Virus record (IMG/VR): IMGVR_UViG_3300021540_000004
Span: 1-64,000 of that record
DNA length: 64,000 nucleotides
Reading direction: 5' to 3' (one strand)
Source: a virus
Lineage: Duplodnaviria; Caudoviricetes
Shown here: positions 57,933 to 64,000 of the stretch, piece by piece
Position numbering within the stretch: the first letter of the stretch is position 1
Layout of the letters: every line of letters begins with the position of its first letter
The notes under the pieces: generated by a model
The model's database searches: none
The model's input: the letters and a program-made list of their open reading frames with translations, nothing else
What the model was told of the DNA's origin: nothing
Translations under genes and position numbers: made by a program

Positions 57933-58832
57933 TTAATATTTACATATTGTTTTTTTTCCATTTATAATATACCAGTCTAACCCCTTTTCTTTTACTTTAT
58001 TTTCTAATTTTTTAATATCAACACTTGTAATAATCTTCTGCTTACCATTTTCATAATATTCATATCTCCATGTAAATCCTTGTTTACAAGATTCACATTT
58101 ATTTTTACTAACCCTATAATAACCTGAGGTATTTTGTACTTCACTTAATCTTTTTTTATGTTCATTTGAAAATATTCTACCTTTAAGTTTTTCACTTAAT
58201 TTCTTTTTATGATCATCTGAATGATGTTTACCATAATTTGGATTATTTTTACCTTTTTTTGAATCACTTATTTTTCTTTTAGTTTCCTTCGATGGATGTT
58301 TACCATAATTTGGATTATTTTTACCTTTATTTGCATCACTCATTTTCTTTCGAGTTTCATTGGAAAATACTCTACCTTTAAGTTTTTCACTTATTTTCTT
58401 TTTTGTTTCATCTGAATGATGTTTACCTTTATTTGCTTCACTTATTTTCTTTTTTGTTTCATCTGAAAGAGGTCTACCTTTCTTTGATTCACCTACTTTT
58501 TTTGCGATTTCCGGATGTTTCATTGGATTAAAATCACCACCCCAAGTAAAATTATAACCCCCTTTATAAGTACCATACAAATTAATCAACTTCCTCTCTT
58601 CATCATCCAATTCATTCTTGGAACATTTTAAAAGAATATTAAAATTAAAATCATCTTCACCATATTTATTCCATACATTTTGTAAATAATTATTCGGATG
58701 ATTACCCTTATTCAAATGATTAATATGATGTTTAAATCTTCTTTCTATATTAATGGATTGACCAATATACATTTTACCAGTACTTTTATTGATTATTGCA
58801 TAAATACCGCAAGTCATAATAATCCACACCAT
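57933..58832 (-). CDS. GIY-YIG endonuclease with NUMOD3 tandem repeats
   Basis: GIYAI...YIGQS.NI.RR..H; repeated S.ETKKKISE..KG units; C-terminal domain shared with the HNH proteins. Confidence 0.92.
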   Translation of the reverse strand: MVWIIMTCGIYAIINKSTGKMYIGQSINIERRFKHHINHLNKGNHPNNYLQNVWNKYGEDDFNFNILLKCSKNELDDEERKLINLYGTYKGGYNFTWGGDFNPMKHPEIAKKVGESKKGRPLSDETKKKISEANKGKHHSDETKKKISEKLKGRVFSNETRKKMSDANKGKNNPNYGKHPSKETKRKISDSKKGKNNPNYGKHHSDDHKKKLSEKLKGRIFSNEHKKRLSEVQNTSGYYRVSKNKCESCKQGFTWRYEYYENGKQKIITSVDIKKLENKVKEKGLDWYIINGKKTICKY

Positions 58833-58858
58833 ACATCCATTTATTTTTCCATTTCCTT

Positions 58859-59107
58859 TTACAGCATATTATTAAAATAAAAATTAATACATTTTAAAAT
58901 ATGTTTACAACAATAACTACCTAACTCTTTATGTTTTGCATACAAGTACGACGGGCAATCACATCGCCAAATTCCTTCCACACAACTGGTTAAATATTCA
59001 TCTTCACTTGTACCTTTTACTTTAAATACTATTTCATCTTCATCAGTATCATAAAATAAACTTATGTCTTCATCTTTTATTTGTGAAGCTCTTTGAAATG
59101 TTTTCAT
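58859..59107 (-). CDS. SWIM zinc-finger protein
   Basis: F.VKG...Y...W.CDCP...CKH. Confidence 0.8.
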   Translation of the reverse strand: MKTFQRASQIKDEDISLFYDTDEDEIVFKVKGTSEDEYLTSCVEGIWRCDCPSYLYAKHKELGSYCCKHILKCINFYFNNML

Positions 59108-59151
59108 AATGCACGCCCATTTTTAATATGATTATATGTTTCTAGCAAGTA

Positions 59152-59793
59152 TTATTTTATACCATGTTCTTCTTTATATTTCTTAATATATTTAATTGCT
59201 TCACGGTTATCTTCTTTGGAGATTTCTCCTGCTTTGTACATGTTCATTCTTAAACCGTTGAGTTTGTATACTTCTGCTTTTTTGTTTGGGTATTTGTTTC
59301 TGTATATTTCTAGTAGTTCTTGTATTATTTTTGGATGTTCAGATTCGGTTACTTGTTCAACTACATTACCTGTTTCTCCAGGTGCTTCTTCTATAGTTGC
59401 ATCTGGATCTATACTGTCTTCCAGTATTTGGAATGTATCCATTAACAGGTAACGTTTTAGGTATGTTATTTTTTTTCCTTCGTCTTTTTCATCTTTGGTT
59501 ACTTCAGGTAAGCGTACTCTTGCACTGAATTCTTGATAGTTTTTATCTTGCCAGCCTACGAGTTTTAATAGTAATTGGTCGTTTGTTGCTGTGAAGTACA
59601 ATGTAAGATGATATTTTTTACATTCTCTCATCACAGGTGGTAGCATTTCTTGTAGTGGTATAAATTCTCCATGATATCCTTCTTTGGTTTTGAATTTATG
59701 GCCCATTAATGCTGTTTGTATGTTACTTATTTTTTCATGTATGGACATGTTTTCTATGTCTTCTACTTGTTCAATGGTATTATTTTGGTTCAT
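59152..59793 (-). CDS. ERF-family single-strand annealing protein
   Basis: IHEKI..IQ; G..ITY.KRY.L...F.I...DPD. Confidence 0.75.
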   Translation of the reverse strand: MNQNNTIEQVEDIENMSIHEKISNIQTALMGHKFKTKEGYHGEFIPLQEMLPPVMRECKKYHLTLYFTATNDQLLLKLVGWQDKNYQEFSARVRLPEVTKDEKDEGKKITYLKRYLLMDTFQILEDSIDPDATIEEAPGETGNVVEQVTESEHPKIIQELLEIYRNKYPNKKAEVYKLNGLRMNMYKAGEISKEDNREAIKYIKKYKEEHGIK

Positions 59794-60194
59794 TGTTATA
59801 AGTCCCCCATGTGGTAGTAGTATGTATTTGCCTCGGTGTTACCAGAGAATGCAAAGCACATTGTTATGAATAATGCCATTATAAAGATCAATAGTAATGC
59901 TACTAATATGGTCATTATTGTGTTGTAATGTTTTTCTGTCCATGTTTCTTTTTTTGGGTATAAGTTAGTAGTTGTTGTTGGTTTGTCTACTAGACTTAAA
60001 CATACTATTAGTATTATTGTTTTTATGGTGTTTAGTATGGGAGTGTTCATTTTTGAACCTCCTGTTTTAGTATGTTTAGTAGTTCGTCTTCTTTGTTTTC
60101 TTTGCGGTATTGCATGAATTCGTATCCTACTTTGGCGAAGTTTAGGATGGTGTTCATGTCCATTTGTTTAACTTTGTCTTGGAAAGTCATTTTT

Positions 60195-60372
60195 TTCTCA
60201 CCTTCTATAATTGTTTCTTTTGGGATTTTTTTGAGGAGATTTTTTTGTAGCTGCAACTACAAGTTTGGTTTCTCCTGTTTGGTTGTAGTTTTTGTTTTAT
60301 ATAATATATAAAATTTATTTTAACTACTGTGTGATATAATATTTCTATATACTAGTATATATATTTTTTCAT
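60195..60372 (-). promoter_or_regulatory. Promoter plus extended structured leader (CCCAAAAGAA at 60215-60224)
   Basis: Nested GGAGA/TCTCC and TTGTAG/CTACAA stems; TATATATACTAGT box near 60345-60365. Confidence 0.6.
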
Positions 60373-60668
60373 TTTTTAAGTTAATGTAAAATAAAAGTTA
60401 CAATAAACTATAAATAACATTTACACTATATATTAAAAATGCATACAAATCAAAAAAATATAAAAACAGTTTTTTTCTCACTTTTTTCTTTTGGGTTGAA
60501 ATAAAATGACAAAATTACTTTTTTTTAAACAAACTTGATTTGTACTGCATTCATACGAAAAAACAGGGAAATAAAATATCTGCTCACGAGAACTGCAATT
60601 CTCAAGAAAATTTTATTTCCCAAACCTTTTAAAATAATACAAAACAAATCTAAAAAATTAAAACACCA

Positions 60669-61853
60669 CTACAACCACCCCTCCATATCTTCAACATCAC
60701 TCTTAGAAACATTCTTAAAAATATAATGCTCAATACTCTCCAAACGACTAGATAAAACATCCAAATCCTTAGACTTACGCAAATTCTCACGCTCCAACTC
60801 AATATATTCCTTACTCTTATAAGTTAAATTCTTCAAATTCCATCCAATCATAACTGCATCCATATAACGCATATACTCCTCTTTCAAAGAAGCTGGATCA
60901 TCTAAAAAATAAGCTTTATGAACATTACTTTTACTACGGCCTTGCAAAGAATCAACATTATCTACACTCATACCCGCATTATGCAAACGACTAGCATGAA
61001 ACTTCCTTAACATATGTGGTCTTAAACGAGTATAAGTTCCTTTTTTACCGAGATTCAGTTTTTCATTCAATACATTAAAAACATAATTCATGTTAGAAGC
61101 ACCAATATCAAATAGTCTATCTGTATTATGTATTTCTTTTTCTTTGCTTACTAAATGAACGTTTATTGCATTAGCTGCTTCAGGTGAGCAAAAAGTAGTA
61201 TAATGTTTATTTGTTTTTTTACGTAGTATTTCAAATTGAGGAACAATATCTTCTCTGTCTTTTAATATGCTTAAAACTTCATAGATATTACTACTATGAT
61301 GATAGGAGTATGTTGCATCAATATAATCTTGTACTGTAAGGTTGGAAACTTCTGTTCTTCCACAACCGCTTGATATTATGAATAGTATTATGGCCCTGTC
61401 TCGTATTTTAGCTATATCTAGTGCTTTTTTTATTATTTCTTCATCGGGTAGGTCTCTGTAGTTTATTGTTCTTGGTGTTTTTACGTTTTTTTCGCTTATT
61501 GGTGGTAAGTCTCCTATTTCTATTTCGCAGTGTCGGTATATTGTGCATATACAGGTGAAGTATCTTTTTGCTGTGTTTTTTAGGTAGTCTTTGTATAGTG
61601 CTGCTCTGAATTTTAGTAGTCTTGTTCTTATTGTTCTGTTTTTCCACCTCACTCTTTCTTCTTCTTCTTTTTCGGCTTCTTTTATCAACTCTTTCATTGA
61701 TTTGTTGTTTTGTTTTGTGTATTTTGTTATTACTATACGGTATATCTCTTGGGTTGATAATGAAATGTTTCGTATATCTATTATGTCTTGGAGAAATTTT
61801 TCATCTTGCATATACATTAGTATCACTTTTATATTTATATTTGGTTTTTCCAA
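60669..61853 (-). CDS. Archaeal-type tyrosine integrase (distinct from the four-gene cluster)
   Basis: SSGCGRTE, RKKT, RPHMLRKF, LQGR, AYF. Confidence 0.85.
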   Translation of the reverse strand: MEKPNINIKVILMYMQDEKFLQDIIDIRNISLSTQEIYRIVITKYTKQNNKSMKELIKEAEKEEEERVRWKNRTIRTRLLKFRAALYKDYLKNTAKRYFTCICTIYRHCEIEIGDLPPISEKNVKTPRTINYRDLPDEEIIKKALDIAKIRDRAIILFIISSGCGRTEVSNLTVQDYIDATYSYHHSSNIYEVLSILKDREDIVPQFEILRKKTNKHYTTFCSPEAANAINVHLVSKEKEIHNTDRLFDIGASNMNYVFNVLNEKLNLGKKGTYTRLRPHMLRKFHASRLHNAGMSVDNVDSLQGRSKSNVHKAYFLDDPASLKEEYMRYMDAVMIGWNLKNLTYKSKEYIELERENLRKSKDLDVLSSRLESIEHYIFKNVSKSDVEDMEGWL

Positions 61854-62084
61854 GAGAGCATTTGAAGAGTAATATTTTCCAAAAGGTCGAAGGAAATATG
61901 TATTTCCTGATGAAAGAGATTATTGATTCTTACGTTCTTTTGGGTTGTATTTTTCAGAATAAATGCCCTAAAACCAAGTAATATATTATATATGTTCATT
62001 ACTATAAATAAATAACTATAACTCCTTATAGTAATAAAAAAAATAAAAAAAGTAATACTAAAAAAATGAACGTAAAAAAAAACA

Positions 62085-62112
62085 AAGGGAAAAAAACAAT
62101 TTTTCCCTTTTT
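62085..62112 (-). terminator. Hairpin/U-tract terminator
   Basis: AAAGGGAAAAA...TTTTTCCCTTT inverted repeat just downstream of the 62112 ORF, followed by a T-tract on the minus strand. Confidence 0.5.
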
Positions 62113-62528
62113 TATAATCTTTTCAAAATCAACTCACCAAGATGCAAAGATTGACCAGACTCTAAGATTGCAGCCATAGCATAAATATTATTCAAATCAT
62201 CAACAATATCCTTAAACTTCAACCATCTTTCCTGCTCCTCAGCATCCTCATAATTATACACCGGCAACTCATCAACCAATTCTTTCTTACGATTAAAATA
62301 CTTAATATTACGTTCCGGTATATTCCAATCAATAACAAACTTAACCCAACAATTCTTGCACTTTGTATCATACAAAATATATTGAGCTTCTTCCATTCCT
62401 ACTTTACTCTCCAACAAACGGAGAATAATATTCTCATAAGTCTCTCCAGGACTATATCTTAAACTATTTAATCTTTGTTTTGTAGATTCACTAAGTCTTA
62501 TTGTCGTTATTTTCATAACTAACCTCAA
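62112..62528 (-). CDS. Ribbon-helix-helix/antitoxin-like DNA-binding protein
   Basis: TTIRLSESTKQRLNSL...ETYENIILRLLE. Confidence 0.6.
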   Translation of the reverse strand: MRLVMKITTIRLSESTKQRLNSLRYSPGETYENIILRLLESKVGMEEAQYILYDTKCKNCWVKFVIDWNIPERNIKYFNRKKELVDELPVYNYEDAEEQERWLKFKDIVDDLNNIYAMAAILESGQSLHLGELILKRL

Positions 62529-62588
62529 ATAAAATATTTATATATTTATTATTTATTAATTATTTTATAATATAAAGTTAACTTCCCA

Positions 62589-63797
62589 TTATAAGTTGAA
62601 TGTATTTTCTATTCTTTGCTCATCAATAATATCATAAGGGTCTCCAAGATTATCATATAACTTGTATACGCCCAATCTATCCGTATTGATTGCTTTAATA
62701 TTATTGTCCTTTGAATAATCCAATAATATATAAGAAACATTATCCTCTAATTTATGTTTCATTGAATATACTTCAATAGCCTCCATAAACAAAGGACTTT
62801 TAGTATTCACATATATATTAACTCCAGTATTTTTAACAAACTTACACAACCACTCACCCAACAACAACTGCTTTTCAGGATGAAGATTACACTCCACCTC
62901 ATCAAAAATCAAGAAACTATCAGGACCAATATTATGATAATGCAGCAGCAAATATAAAACACCTAAACCACGAGCACCACCACCACAATTACTCAAACTA
63001 TAAACATGATCATCCACCCTTGATTTAAAAATAAAATCACCTTGTTCAGTATAGTCAAACACACCACCAATAATATCAACTAACTCATGCTCCAATTCCA
63101 AGAAGATACTATTATCAAAGAAACTATTTTTATCCATTAATATAGCATCACGAACATCATCCATATAAATACAATTAAAAATTCCATTATAATCCATGTA
63201 ATCAAGAAGTGTACCTGAATTATCTAAATAGAATACATCATAAAAAACACCACATTCTTCATACTCTAGAAAATCATCACTATAAAAATCTTCATTAAAA
63301 TCTAAACAATAAACATTATCATCATTGGTTAATGTTATTTCACCATTAAAACTATCAGTACCATACATTCCTTTTAATAATGTTCTTAAAAGTGAAACAT
63401 GTAATTCCAGGCCATTGTCTTTTACTATTTTAATTAGTTTATCCAGTAACTTAAAATCCTCTTTATAACATTCTTCATATAATGCATGATGTTCTAATTT
63501 GAATTCTTCTTTTAAATCTAGATAGTTACCAATATATTCATATGTATTAGCTACTGGTAAAACTAAATCTATTTTATGTCTTACCCTTATTTTATTAACT
63601 AATTCATCTATATGTTTAGTGATACTTTCTAATGCTGGTTCATTTCTATTATAACAGTTGGATTTTAATAAGCAGTATAATATTTTACTTATGTTTGTTT
63701 TACCTACACCGTTTACTCCAGTTACAATGGTTAGTTTATCTAGGTTTAATGTTATTTTTCTGTTTATTTGCTGGAATTTTTTTATTGATAATTTCAT
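62589..63797 (-). CDS. AAA_15/AAA_21-type ABC ATPase (AbiEii/OLD-like)
   Basis: Walker A GVNGVGKT; Walker B LIFDEVECNLHP. Confidence 0.8.
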   Translation of the reverse strand: MKLSIKKFQQINRKITLNLDKLTIVTGVNGVGKTNISKILYCLLKSNCYNRNEPALESITKHIDELVNKIRVRHKIDLVLPVANTYEYIGNYLDLKEEFKLEHHALYEECYKEDFKLLDKLIKIVKDNGLELHVSLLRTLLKGMYGTDSFNGEITLTNDDNVYCLDFNEDFYSDDFLEYEECGVFYDVFYLDNSGTLLDYMDYNGIFNCIYMDDVRDAILMDKNSFFDNSIFLELEHELVDIIGGVFDYTEQGDFIFKSRVDDHVYSLSNCGGGARGLGVLYLLLHYHNIGPDSFLIFDEVECNLHPEKQLLLGEWLCKFVKNTGVNIYVNTKSPLFMEAIEVYSMKHKLEDNVSYILLDYSKDNNIKAINTDRLGVYKLYDNLGDPYDIIDEQRIENTFNL

Positions 63798-63821
63798 AAT
63801 CCCTTTACACCTTAATGTATT

Positions 63822-64000
63822 TTATATTATTTTTAAGCTTAATATTTTTCTTGCTAGACGATAATCATATGGTATTTTTCTACCGATTGCTCCATGCATA
63901 CTGGTTTTAATATTATTTTTACTATAGTCATCTCCTTCTTTACTGTTGTTGATGATGTACCATATTTCATGGTCTTTTTTGTTTATGATGAACCATTCAC
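63822..64000 (-). CDS. 3' end of a hypothetical gene entering from the right edge
   Basis: Open frame EWFIINKKDHEIWYIINNSKEGDDYSKNN...LKII*. Confidence 0.5.
   Translation of the reverse strand, partial: EWFIINKKDHEIWYIINNSKEGDDYSKNNIKTSMHGAIGRKIPYDYRLARKILSLKII

Noticed and set aside
58140-58500. Tandem DNA repeats resembling an array
   Set aside because: They are in-frame NUMOD3 coding repeats of the GIY-YIG protein, not CRISPR; there are no unique spacers between identical repeats
20556-61647. Nested minus-strand ORFs 20556-20756, 30753-30965, 50889-51077 and 61441-61647
   Set aside because: They are alternate-frame overlaps within better-supported genes
1923-61944. Dispersed leader/promoter repeats as a CRISPR array or integron attC sites
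   Set aside because: They are kilobases apart, tied to TATA and SD elements, and lack CRISPR periodicity or attC R-box structure
1731-63864. All plus-strand ORFs in the track
   Set aside because: They are antisense shadows of minus-strand genes, with F/S/L/I-rich low-complexity translations and no motifs or SD sites
1-64000. tRNA, rRNA, reverse transcriptase/DGR, cas genes or virion structural genes
   Set aside because: None were recognisable by eye; tRNAscan-SE and HMM searches are needed to exclude divergent copies

Overview
A very AT-rich 64 kb segment of a large archaeal mobile genome (large virus, provirus or extrachromosomal element). The host is probably a Methanobacteriales/Methanobrevibacter-like methanogen; this is an inference from the archaeal PCNA and Pth2, BRE/TATA promoters, GGTGA Shine-Dalgarno sites and low GC. 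Essentially every credible gene is on the minus strand, and I recognised no capsid, terminase, rRNA, tRNA or CRISPR array. The window holds over 100 mostly small hypothetical genes, many in paralog families. It also encodes DNA/nucleotide functions (PCNA, two ERCC4 nucleases, ERF annealase, SWIM, HIRAN, thymidylate synthase, dCTP deaminase, DUF3310), RNA/translation rescue functions (RNA ligase, Pth2, HAD, ASCH), R-M genes, homing-type endonucleases, a decayed IS605/TnpB element and an AcrIII-1-like (DUF1874) ring nuclease. The best novel-system candidate lies at about 29.5-42 kb: four catalytically intact paralogous tyrosine recombinases in two tandem pairs around an N6-adenine methyltransferase, bracketed by two paralogous proteins of about 530 aa built from six AP2-like repeats plus an HTH. 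Other signals are a C-terminal QT[KT]LI PCNA-binding-like tag on four proteins, a 5'-leader element (CCCAAAAGAA, at least 12 copies, some with a covarying hairpin), a recurring TTTTTCGTATG motif, and a saw-tooth G/T versus A/C skew that flips at promoters. All family assignments are by-eye motif recognition; no searches were run.
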